A stretch of 24,000 bases of DNA from positions 49,770 to 73,769 of the forward strand of contig JAAWHG010000007.1 in assembly GCA_022795735.1 (NCBI GenBank), read 5' to 3'. The translations under genes and the position numbers were made by a program. The notes beneath the pieces are model-generated. The model did no database searches and was not told where the DNA came from. It saw nothing but the letters and a program-made list of their open reading frames with translations. This document shows, in pieces, positions 7,052 through 15,211 of this stretch (the stretch's first letter is position 1; every line of letters starts with the position of its first letter). The DNA comes from Oscillospiraceae bacterium (GTDB taxonomy: Bacteria; Bacillota; Clostridia; Oscillospirales; Oscillospiraceae).

Positions 7052-7087
7052 AATAACAAAACCCCCTCCCGCAAATGCAGGAGGAGG
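7052..7087 (-). terminator. Terminator downstream of ligA (potentially bidirectional)
   Basis: ccccctcccgc (7062-7072) pairs with gcaggaggagg (7077-7087), including G:U pairs, around loop aaat. On the minus strand it is followed by TTTTGTTATT, and on the plus strand by TTATTTTTA. Confidence 0.65.
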
Positions 7088-7126
7088 TTATTTTTATGCT
7101 CGAAATACGGAATTATCCGAACAAAT

Positions 7127-9076
<1,950 letters not shown>

Positions 9077-9262
9077 TTATAATATGTTATTTTTTGAAAT
9101 TTTGTCGTTATCCATACGTTGAAGTATTTCGGCTTTAAGTTTGCTAAGCCGTTCGCCCAGTTTTCTTTCGGATTTTCGGTTCCAGCCATTTACAGACTTG
9201 ACCAGTTCTGTCAACACATTTTCAAATTCATGTAAAAGCTCATCGTTTGATTTGTTTTTCAT
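9077..9262 (-). CDS. Small hypothetical protein (helical, charged)
   Basis: 61 aa, RBS-like AGAGG upstream, tightly packed between the flanking genes of the minus operon. Confidence 0.55.
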   Translation of the reverse strand: MKNKSNDELLHEFENVLTELVKSVNGWNRKSERKLGERLSKLKAEILQRMDNDKISKNNIL

Positions 9263-9274
9263 AATGAACCTCTT

Positions 9275-9652
9275 TTATAATTTTCCTCTTTGCAAAATTT
9301 GCTCACTTTTATCAAGCAGTTCTTGTGTAAATCCATTGACATATCCATTATCATCACGCACATTGACAAGAGCAAACATTGTGCAGATTCGTTCCGACAG
9401 GCTTGGTTCCCACAAAGCGTAGTTCTGAAGCAACTGGCGCAATTCATATCCCGGATTATTCGCACTGTTCATGTAGTCGAACAAAGCTGTCCTTAAAATG
9501 TTTTCCAAGAGTTTACCTTGATAGATTTCTTTTTCACAGCCGCACTCCTGGCTCATATAAGCCGCAATATCTCCAAATGGATCTCCCGTTGCGCCTTCTA
9601 ACCGACAATGGCCTTTGCAGCACATGATGATGTTGCAAGTTCGTTGTTCCAT
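9275..9652 (-). CDS. Hypothetical Cys-rich protein
   Basis: ATG at 9652 is preceded by GGAGGT. The track start at 9664 (GTG) falls inside the RBS. The N-terminus is MEQRTCNIIMCCKGHCRLEG; no family recognised. Confidence 0.7.
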   Translation of the reverse strand: MEQRTCNIIMCCKGHCRLEGATGDPFGDIAAYMSQECGCEKEIYQGKLLENILRTALFDYMNSANNPGYELRQLLQNYALWEPSLSERICTMFALVNVRDDNGYVNGFTQELLDKSEQILQRGKL

Positions 9653-9675
9653 ATGTACCTCCACTATTTTACTTG

Positions 9676-9711
9676 AAAGCTACCCTACGGCTAAAACCGG
9701 GGTTAGCTTTT
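9676..9711 (+). terminator. Plus-oriented hairpin with short T-run, lying inside the minus-strand operon
   Basis: aaagcta...tagcttt outer stem with a GC-rich inner stem (ccc/ggg, cgg/ccg), followed by TTTT on the plus strand only. Read on the minus strand there is no U-tract. Confidence 0.4.
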
Positions 9712-9713
9712 CT

Positions 9714-9724
9714 GCCTTTGCGGG
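9714..9724 (+). repeat. GCCTTTGCGGG 11-mer, copy b
   Basis: Exact 11-mer, followed by the mini-hairpin TGCGTC-tga-GGCGCA (9725-9739). Confidence 0.8.
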
Positions 9725-9739
9725 TGCGTCTGAGGCGCA

Positions 9740-10288
9740 TTAAAACGAAGTTATGTACTTTCTTAAAAATTCCGTCACCATCTTAACCGCCATATATCTT
9801 TCATTCTCATTCGCCTCGAAAAGCGCTCCTTTGTCCCCAATGATTGCCACAGATCCCACACACATATTATTTCGCATAATCGGCATAACTTCTGCAACAG
9901 GGTATCTATTGTAGGCGTCAAGAAAAATAGTCTCTGTGTTATCACCGGCATCAATACGGGATTCGCTCATGCTCCGCTGCATTTCCGGGCTAACGGGTCT
10001 GTCGATAATAGAATTCTTTTCTGCGCCGGATGCCGCAATGACATTATCTCTGTCTGTAACCGCCATGGAAAATCCAAAGCTGTTGAAAACAGCGTCACAA
10101 ATCTGTTTCGCCAAAACACCAAGTTCTTTTTTCATAAAAGAATGTTTTTTGAGTGCAATTTCTCCTTCAGTCGTTATATAGATTTCAAATTCATCGCCTT
10201 CCTTGATCTTTGCCATGCGGCGGATTTCCCTTGGAATGGTTATGCGGCCTAGATCGTCAATGTAGCGAGTGGTTCCGATTGTTTTCAT
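9740..10288 (-). CDS. SpoVT/AbrB-family transcriptional regulator (AbrB-type N-domain plus GAF-like C-domain)
   Basis: The N-terminus MKTIGTTRYIDDLGRITIPREIRRMAKIKEGDEFEIY matches the swapped-hairpin AbrB/SpoVT signature (RRIDDLGRVVIPKEIRR...GD.LEI). The 182-aa length and the C-terminal part (AVTDRDNVIAASG...GSVAII) parallel the remembered SpoVT. AGGAGG RBS. Confidence 0.8.
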   Translation of the reverse strand: MKTIGTTRYIDDLGRITIPREIRRMAKIKEGDEFEIYITTEGEIALKKHSFMKKELGVLAKQICDAVFNSFGFSMAVTDRDNVIAASGAEKNSIIDRPVSPEMQRSMSESRIDAGDNTETIFLDAYNRYPVAEVMPIMRNNMCVGSVAIIGDKGALFEANENERYMAVKMVTEFLRKYITSF

Positions 10289-10324
10289 GATAATTACCTC
10301 CTGATAATAATTGTTTAACTGAAT

Positions 10325-10576
10325 TTAAAATGCGTCAAGTGAAGCAGAGAAAGCCAGAGGATAAATTGTCCATCTATAGATTGCTTCTCCGCAAGTAACT
10401 TCAGCGAACCCAGGGCGGACTTCAATCGAAGAATCGCCATCCCCATCCATTTCCTCATATGTTGCAGAGGCGTCCTTTGCAAGGAATGCATTAGCGTCTT
10501 CTTCATTGTCGAACGAATTGACAGAAAGTATGTCCAGATTTTCGTCTACGCAGATTACAAGAAATTTCGTGTTCAT
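10325..10576 (-). CDS. Small acidic hypothetical protein, first gene of the minus operon
   Basis: 83 aa, RBS AGGGGAAAG upstream, immediately downstream of promoter P6. Confidence 0.65.
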   Translation of the reverse strand: MNTKFLVICVDENLDILSVNSFDNEEDANAFLAKDASATYEEMDGDGDSSIEVRPGFAEVTCGEAIYRWTIYPLAFSASLDAF

Positions 10577-10617
10577 AAACTTTCCCCTTTTAAAACATCA
10601 TTTTTGGAAACTAACAA

Positions 10618-10646
10618 ATTATACGGGTAAGCAATTAAAATATTAG
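10618..10646 (-). promoter_or_regulatory. Promoter P6 (CTAATA-N17-TATAAT, CCCG 5' of the -10), drives the minus operon
   Basis: The minus strand reads CTAATAttttaattgcttaCCCGTATAAT: -10 at plus 10618-10623, -35 at plus 10641-10646. Confidence 0.55.
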
Positions 10647-10674
10647 TATTTTCAATTTAAAAATATAAAGTATT

Positions 10675-10703
10675 TTGTTATTTGAAATTTTTACCCGTAT
10701 TAT
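10675..10703 (+). promoter_or_regulatory. Promoter P2 (TTGTTA-N17-TATTAT, CCCG 5' of the -10), divergent from P6
   Basis: TTGTTAtttgaaatttttaCCCGTATTAT. Back-to-back with P6, with 28 bp between the two -35 elements. Confidence 0.5.
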
Positions 10704-10730
10704 CTTTGTGTTGAAAGGAGATGTGTTAAC

Positions 10731-10895
10731 TTGAGTTATGATATTAGTTTGCAAAATTCAGTCACCGGAGAAACAATTCTTTTGGACAATCTTCATCTGA
10801 TGGCTGGAGGAACATTTGCCGCTGGCGGTACAAGAGAGGCATGACTGAATATCACTTATAACTATTCAAAGTGGTATTACAACCCGGCTTGTTGA
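10731..10895 (+). pseudogene. 5' fragment of a phage gene, with an in-frame TGA, truncated at the IscB element
   Basis: AAAGGAG RBS, then TTG at 10731. Reads (M)SYDISLQNSVTGETILLDNLHLMAGGTFAAGGTREA-[TGA 10842-10844]-LNITYNYSKWYYNPAC-TGA. The coding-like sequence continues through the internal stop and ends where the structured IscB upstream region begins. Confidence 0.55.
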
Positions 10896-11105
10896 ACTAT
10901 TCAATTCTTGATCAATTCAGCGGGTCGGATACCGACAATACTTGTCCATTTTGCCACCCGATCACGTATCGCGTGACATGACACTCCGGGATGCACTCCC
11001 AGTTCCGGACTCTGTAGCGTGAACAAGTAATCTGGGGAGACCTTACATAGACGGGTATCACATATCTGCCTGTGGTTTACTACATTTTTGAAAGGAGATG
11101 GCGAA
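10880..11105 (+). ncRNA. Predicted IscB omega RNA (guide plus ~200-nt scaffold). Ends are approximate.
   Basis: Characterised IscB systems encode the omega RNA directly upstream of iscB. This 210-nt non-coding stretch is rich in local hairpins (GTCGG-ata-CCGAC, TCACG-tatcg-CGTGA, GGGA-tgcac-TCCC nested inside CCGG...CCGG). The only ORF here (10901-11110, minus) looks spurious. Confidence 0.5.
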
Positions 11106-12554
11106 TACATGGTATATGTATTAAATCATGAAGGAAAACCTTTAATGCCCACGACACGCTATGGACACGTCCGCCGTCTTCTAAAGACGGGTCAGGCGAA
11201 AGTTAAATACGGCAACCCGTTTACCATCCAACTATGCTATAAAACCGAAGACAAAGTTCAGCCTGTTATTTTGGGCATTGATCCAGGTCGAACAAATATT
11301 GGGCTTTGCGCTGTTACCGACGATGGAACTGCTCTATTTGCAGCCAAAATCATCACCCGAAACAAAGACATTCCCAGACTCATGCGGAAACGCAAGCAAT
11401 TCCGCCAAAAGCACCGGCAAGTCAAGAGACGCTTGAAACGCCGCCGTCGTGCAAAAAAGAATAATACTATCTTGAAGACCGGCATTCTTCAACGACACCT
11501 AACGGGTTATAGTAAAGATAAATGCGTCACTGTACATGATATCAGAAACAAGCAATCTCGTTTCAGCAATCGCTGCCGCAGCCCAAATTGGCTGACTCCG
11601 ACAGCAAACCAATTACTGCAGACACATATCAATGCTGTCAACAAGATCAGTAAGTATCTCCCTGTTTCAGGCATATCTATTGAATTGAATAAGTTTGCCA
11701 TGATGAAATTGGATGATTCAACTATATTCGGGAAAGACTTTCAAAATGGACCACTGAAAGGATATGGTAAAGACATCCATCAAGCGGTTTCCGACATTCA
11801 AGATGGAAAATGCCTTCTCTGCGGCAAATCCATTGCTGAATACCATCATGTGCGAACACGCAGTAAAGACGGCAGCAATACCATTGGAAATCTTGTCGGC
11901 TTATGCCATGAATGCCATAAGAAAGTCCATACGGACGAATCTGTTAAACAACAGCTTGCCACTGTTAATTCCGGTTTCCGAACGAAATACGATGCTCTTG
12001 GCGTGTTAAACCAAATACTGCCTTATGTGATCAATATCCTCAGGAGAAAATATCCCTTACATATAACGACGGGATATGAAACTTCGCGTGTGAGAAAAAC
12101 AGCCAACCTGCTGAAAGACCATCATGTAGATGCGCATCTCATAGCAATCTCAGGGTTGAATGTAAAACGAATCATAACAATCGATCATTGTTATGCCATC
12201 AAACAATTCAGACGCCATGACAGGCAGGCATGTAAACGCGAAATGCTGAACCGGCGTTATTATCTTGGGAACCAACTGGTAGCGACAAACCGACATAAAG
12301 CCTTTGAACAAACCACGGATAGTCTGGCCGACTACATAACAAATGGAGGCAGAGCCGACCATTTGACTGTAAAGCATATAACGCGAGCCATGACGGACAA
12401 AAAACGTTTCATGCCGGGTTGTCAAGCCGGAAACAAAACTATATTAAAACGAGCTGAAGGCAATTATTGGTTTGACGATGGGTCAAAAACAACTTGTAAG
12501 AAAACATTAATAAATAAACGAAATGCCGGGCTTGTTTTTGTATCAAATTTGTAA
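10896..12554 (+). mobile_element. Non-autonomous IS200/IS605-superfamily IscB element (no tnpA). Boundaries are approximate.
   Basis: Omega-RNA region plus iscB, inserted into the gene at 10731. The right end was not identified; a TCAA at 12543-12546 inside the last iscB codons is a candidate. Confidence 0.5.
11109..12554 (+). CDS. iscB: IscB RNA-guided nuclease (PLMP, RuvC and HNH domains)
   Basis: MVYVLNHEGKPLMPT (PLMP domain). RuvC-I GIDPGRTNIG. Arg-rich bridge helix KRRLKRRRRAKK. RuvC-II ISIELNKF. HNH CLLCG...YHHV...GSNTIGNLVGLCHECHKKVH. RuvC-III DHHVDAHLIAI. 481 aa from the ATG at 11109. Confidence 0.88.
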   Translation: MVYVLNHEGKPLMPTTRYGHVRRLLKTGQAKVKYGNPFTIQLCYKTEDKVQPVILGIDPGRTNIGLCAVTDDGTALFAAKIITRNKDIPRLMRKRKQFRQKHRQVKRRLKRRRRAKKNNTILKTGILQRHLTGYSKDKCVTVHDIRNKQSRFSNRCRSPNWLTPTANQLLQTHINAVNKISKYLPVSGISIELNKFAMMKLDDSTIFGKDFQNGPLKGYGKDIHQAVSDIQDGKCLLCGKSIAEYHHVRTRSKDGSNTIGNLVGLCHECHKKVHTDESVKQQLATVNSGFRTKYDALGVLNQILPYVINILRRKYPLHITTGYETSRVRKTANLLKDHHVDAHLIAISGLNVKRIITIDHCYAIKQFRRHDRQACKREMLNRRYYLGNQLVATNRHKAFEQTTDSLADYITNGGRADHLTVKHITRAMTDKKRFMPGCQAGNKTILKRAEGNYWFDDGSKTTCKKTLINKRNAGLVFVSNL

Positions 12555-12576
12555 TTTTTATAAAGGAGGAATCACT

Positions 12577-13356
12577 ATGAAAACCAAAATTACTGCTCTC
12601 ATTCTCTCCCTGCTCCTCGCCCTTTTCATCTTCCCGACCGCTTTTGCGGCAGAGAGTAAGCCAATCTATTTTGGCAACACGGCCATTGACTGGATGGCAG
12701 ATGAAACGCTGAAACTCATCCCTCTGGAAGGGAAATCGCTGGAGGAAAAGGCCACGGCTGTCTATGATTGGATGATCGTAAACTGCAAGCGTAACGACTG
12801 GGATGGAACATACTACTTTGATCCCAATGTTGTTGCCGCCCAAGCAAAAGCAATGGTTATCCCTTATGAAGAAAAACTCGCGGCCGGCGAGCTTGTACTG
12901 CACCAGGATATCAGCCTGATTGTCCCCGACAATATATTGGATTCGGTAAGTCTGCATGATTCCAATATGTACATCAATATGTCTGCGGCAAATATGTTCC
13001 TGACAAGATGTGGCAACTGTTCGGACTTCTCGTCTATGCTGATTGTCCTGCTGGGGCATTTGGGGGTAGACTGTCGGGCTGTTTCTGGGGAGTTTATCAA
13101 CCTGAACGGAACCCGCGTCGCTCATACATGGAACTATGCCCTTATCAATGGGGAGTACCGGTGGCTTGATGTACGAATCGACCATTCGCTGTACAATATC
13201 TTTAAGAATGGCCAGCTATCCCGTCAATATCTGATGATTTCCGATACGAATGCATGGGCGAAAGACCATGTATGGACTCACACTTACAGCGATTGGCTTG
13301 CGTCAAATGTTGAGGCGGTGCAGACAATGTATCAGCAGGATTTTTCTGCGACGTGA
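12577..13356 (+). CDS. Secreted transglutaminase-like cysteine protease superfamily protein
   Basis: AAGGAGG RBS. Signal peptide MKTKITALILSLLLALFIFPTAFA/AES. Transglutaminase-core pattern GNCSDFSSMLIVLLGHLGVDCRAVSG ... HTWNYALINGEYRWLDV (Cys-His-Asp). Confidence 0.7.
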   Translation: MKTKITALILSLLLALFIFPTAFAAESKPIYFGNTAIDWMADETLKLIPLEGKSLEEKATAVYDWMIVNCKRNDWDGTYYFDPNVVAAQAKAMVIPYEEKLAAGELVLHQDISLIVPDNILDSVSLHDSNMYINMSAANMFLTRCGNCSDFSSMLIVLLGHLGVDCRAVSGEFINLNGTRVAHTWNYALINGEYRWLDVRIDHSLYNIFKNGQLSRQYLMISDTNAWAKDHVWTHTYSDWLASNVEAVQTMYQQDFSAT

Positions 13357-13380
13357 AGCCTGTCACCTTATGCAGATTAA

Positions 13381-13412
13381 AGGCTTGGGTATGTTCTGGC
13401 ATTCCCAAGCCT
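13381..13412 (+). terminator. Hairpin after the transglutaminase-like gene (9-bp stem, weak tail)
   Basis: aggcttggg (13381-13389) pairs with cccaagcct (13404-13412). The downstream sequence ctaattta is only weakly T-rich. Confidence 0.4.
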
Positions 13413-13451
13413 CTAATTTAAATAGTTCAGAAAATTCAGGAGGAATTTTAG

Positions 13452-13682
13452 ATGATTTTGTCGTTTATATTGGGGGTGTGCGTCATGCCTGTTTATACGT
13501 TCATTGCGATTTGCTTGATTGACGACGGGAAAAATTGGGGCGTTTTCCTGTGTGGCCCCGCTGCCTGGACAGTGTTCATATTTCGTTTTATGGCAGAATC
13601 TGTTCGATGTTGGAAAAGAGATCATAATAAGCGCTCTCTGCTTTTGGACGAAAATGATTGCATTTACGCCGTTCTGGTATGA
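13452..13682 (+). CDS. Small two-TM membrane protein (may be the 5' part of a frameshifted gene)
   Basis: AGGAGGA RBS. Two hydrophobic segments (ILSFILGVCVMPVYTFIAICLI and WGVFLCGPAAWTVFIFRFM), then a charged tail. Confidence 0.6.
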   Translation: MILSFILGVCVMPVYTFIAICLIDDGKNWGVFLCGPAAWTVFIFRFMAESVRCWKRDHNKRSLLLDENDCIYAVLV

Positions 13683-13744
13683 GCAGCGGATGCATTTCGC
13701 CTTGTCAAAGGATGGGATTTTCCAAGAATGAGAATATTCAAAAG

Positions 13745-13906
13745 ATGGTGAGTATGTTCAATGAACGAAAAGAAGAATGGGGCAAAGAAGATATCAACAT
13801 GGGTTTTGCCAGTATGCGATATGTTCCCAGAAGTGTGTGGCAAGACTTTGCACAGGTGAGACGAAAAGAAGCAAAAAAGATTCTTGCGGAAAGTAAGAAG
13901 TTGTAA
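13745..13906 (+). CDS. Small hypothetical ORF or 3' remnant of a frameshifted gene
   Basis: MVSMFNERKEEWGKEDINMGFASMRYVPRSVWQDFAQVRRKEAKKILAESKKL is protein-like, but there is no convincing RBS. Coding-like text continues across three frames from 13452 onward. Confidence 0.35.
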   Translation: MVSMFNERKEEWGKEDINMGFASMRYVPRSVWQDFAQVRRKEAKKILAESKKL

Positions 13907-13960
13907 AAGGGCTCTCCTAGCAAAAGGCGGGAGAGCCACAAAAATTTATTGCAAAACCCT

Positions 13961-13989
13961 TTGATTTTTTCCGAAAGAAATAGTATAAT
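13961..13989 (+). promoter_or_regulatory. Canonical sigmaA-type promoter for the tRNA (TTGATT-N17-TATAAT)
   Basis: TTGATT at 13961-13966, exact 17-nt spacer, TATAAT at 13984-13989, 10 nt before tRNA position 1. It differs from the CTAATA/CCG family. Confidence 0.7.
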
Positions 13990-13999
13990 ATTATATCTT

Positions 14000-14075
14000 C
14001 GAGGTGTAGCTCAGTTGGCAGAGCGCCTGCTTTGGGAGCAGGAGGCCCAGGGTTCGAGACCCTGCACTTCGACCA
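14000..14075 (+). tRNA. tRNA-Pro (anticodon UGG), CCA encoded
   Basis: Cloverleaf folded by hand. Acceptor CGAGGTG/CACTTCG (one G:U pair). D arm GCTC-AGTTGGCA-GAGC. Anticodon arm CCTGC-TTTGGGA-GCAGG (U33, UGG, G37). T arm CAGGG-TTCGAGA-CCCTG. Discriminator A, then CCA. Confidence 0.9.
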
Positions 14076-14101
14076 TTTGAAATAAGCCGCCCTATCATAC
14101 G

Positions 14102-14130
14102 CCCCGCCCAACAGGGCGGGGTTATTTATT
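14102..14130 (+). terminator. Rho-independent terminator after the tRNA
   Basis: ccccgccc-aaca-gggcgggg, followed by TTATTTATT. Confidence 0.75.
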
Positions 14131-14150
14131 AAAAAAAGAGAGATGAAGTA

Positions 14151-14225
14151 GTGATTATCAGCGCCAGCCGCCGGACAGATATTCCTGCTTTCTACCAACG
14201 TATGATTTCAAAAATAAAAGATTGA
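14151..14225 (+). pseudogene. N-terminal fragment resembling DUF1848-family proteins
   Basis: VIISASRRTDIPAFY matches the N-terminus I remember for DUF1848 (MIISASRRTDIPAFY...). Similarity is lost after ~16 codons and the frame stops after 24. Confidence 0.4.
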
Positions 14226-14235
14226 AAGTGATTGC

Positions 14236-14519
14236 GTGAAATCAATTGAAACAACTCGATCCGAATGTGAGGCAAAAATTCAGGGATTTCAATACAGTTT
14301 TACAGTGAAAGAACTTTTCTCTTTTCTTTTTGGCAAAAAAATTGTACCAAATGTGGAGGAAAATTAACCAGAAAAACGTTTTGTAATTGTAAAAGGCGCG
14401 GATTTGAATAGCAAGTCTGATCCACCTTCACGTCGCAAATTAATGTGAAACGCTATGTTTACCTATATACTTGCCAGCAATGTGGTTCCCAATATACGCT
14501 GAAAGACCTTACTTCATAA
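14236..14519 (+). pseudogene. Degraded small zinc-ribbon gene (one frameshift in an A7 run, then in-frame TAG and TGA)
   Basis: VKSIETTRSECEAKIQGFQYSFTVKELFSFLFGKK, then a shift at ggcaaaaaaatt (14332-14343), then NCTKCGGKLTRKTFCNCKRRGFE-[TAG 14409]-QV-[TGA 14418]-STFTSQINVKRYVYLYTCQQCGSQYTLKDLTS*. The CxxC...CxxC halves are separated by stop codons in the same frame. Confidence 0.45.
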
Positions 14520-14540
14520 AAATATAACAGGGGTGCTACA

Positions 14541-14906
14541 ATGTTTGTTATTGAAGACATTAAAAAAGAAGTACAGCGGCTTGACGATCTTCACGGTGGT
14601 CATGTCTCAGAAATCCCCATCTACATATCCAAGCGCTTTACCCGAACGCTTGGGAGATGCGAGGGAAAGCTTGAGAGAGGAAGGTATGTTCCTACCAGGA
14701 TCGGCTTTGCACACAGACTTATGGAACTGGCAACTGAGGAACATTTTTTGGAGACAGTGCGGCATGAATACGCTCATGCATATCTTCTCCAATTGACTGG
14801 AGAAAAGCATTTACATGACAGGTTGTGGAAGGGATATGCCCTGCAATTTGGATGTTCTGGGAAAACAAAGGCTCTTTTTCCAGAGGTTGATTTGGTCGAT
14901 GTTTAA
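14541..14906 (+). CDS. SprT-like zinc metalloprotease domain protein
   Basis: RTLGRC...I...L block, then HExxH in VRHEYAHAYL, then HDRLWKGYALQFG, as remembered for the SprT-like family. 121 aa; it appears to lack the usual C-terminal zinc ribbon. Confidence 0.6.
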   Translation: MFVIEDIKKEVQRLDDLHGGHVSEIPIYISKRFTRTLGRCEGKLERGRYVPTRIGFAHRLMELATEEHFLETVRHEYAHAYLLQLTGEKHLHDRLWKGYALQFGCSGKTKALFPEVDLVDV

Positions 14907-15055
14907 AAAATGGAGGTGTTTTCGCGTGGCAAATACAGAATATTTTATTATCCAATTACTGGATATGAATGGCAGTCAGATCTGCGGGAGGAAATGCCGA
15001 TAGAGATGTTATTCTGATTGCTGCAATTAAAGCTATGGGAAAGAAATACGCCCCC

Positions 15056-15091
15056 AGCCCCGCAGGACTGCCACTTTTGTGGGGCTTTTTG
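15056..15091 (+). terminator. Possible terminator (AGCCCC...GGGGCT plus T5)
   Basis: 6-bp GC stem with a large loop, followed by TTTTT at 15086-15090. Confidence 0.4.
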
Positions 15092-15157
15092 CGCCCTCAC
15101 GCAGTCAACCCGCAGAGGCAAATCAAAAAAACAGTCTGTCTTGACTGAAGTACAATT

Positions 15158-15186
15158 CTGATATTTATTTTTAAAATCAATATAAT
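15158..15186 (+). promoter_or_regulatory. Promoter P8 (CTGATA-N17-TATAAT), family member without CCG
   Basis: CTGATA at 15158-15163, 17-nt AT-rich spacer, TATAAT at 15181-15186, 26 nt before the TTG start at 15212. Confidence 0.45.
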
Positions 15187-15211
15187 CCCCAGTCTCGTAA
15201 AAAGGACAATT

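Noticed and set aside
6820-7056. 78-aa plus-strand ORF starting inside the IS right end
   Set aside because: It reads straight through the strong terminator hairpin at 6911-6946 and then through a C-rich P/T/S tract. No RBS.
10901-11110. 69-aa minus-strand ORF upstream of iscB
   Set aside because: It occupies the hairpin-rich region best explained as the IscB omega RNA. No RBS, and the translated sequence does not look like a real protein.
12439-13185. 248-aa minus-strand ORF
   Set aside because: It is antisense to the signal-peptide and transglutaminase-like gene and overlaps the 3' end of iscB.
14000-14075. The tRNA as a simple prophage attachment site marking the end of the element
   Set aside because: The tRNA is complete, with its own promoter and terminator. 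Phage-like small-gene operons continue on both sides, and no integrase or tRNA-half direct repeat was seen in the window. It is kept only as one possibility in the findings.
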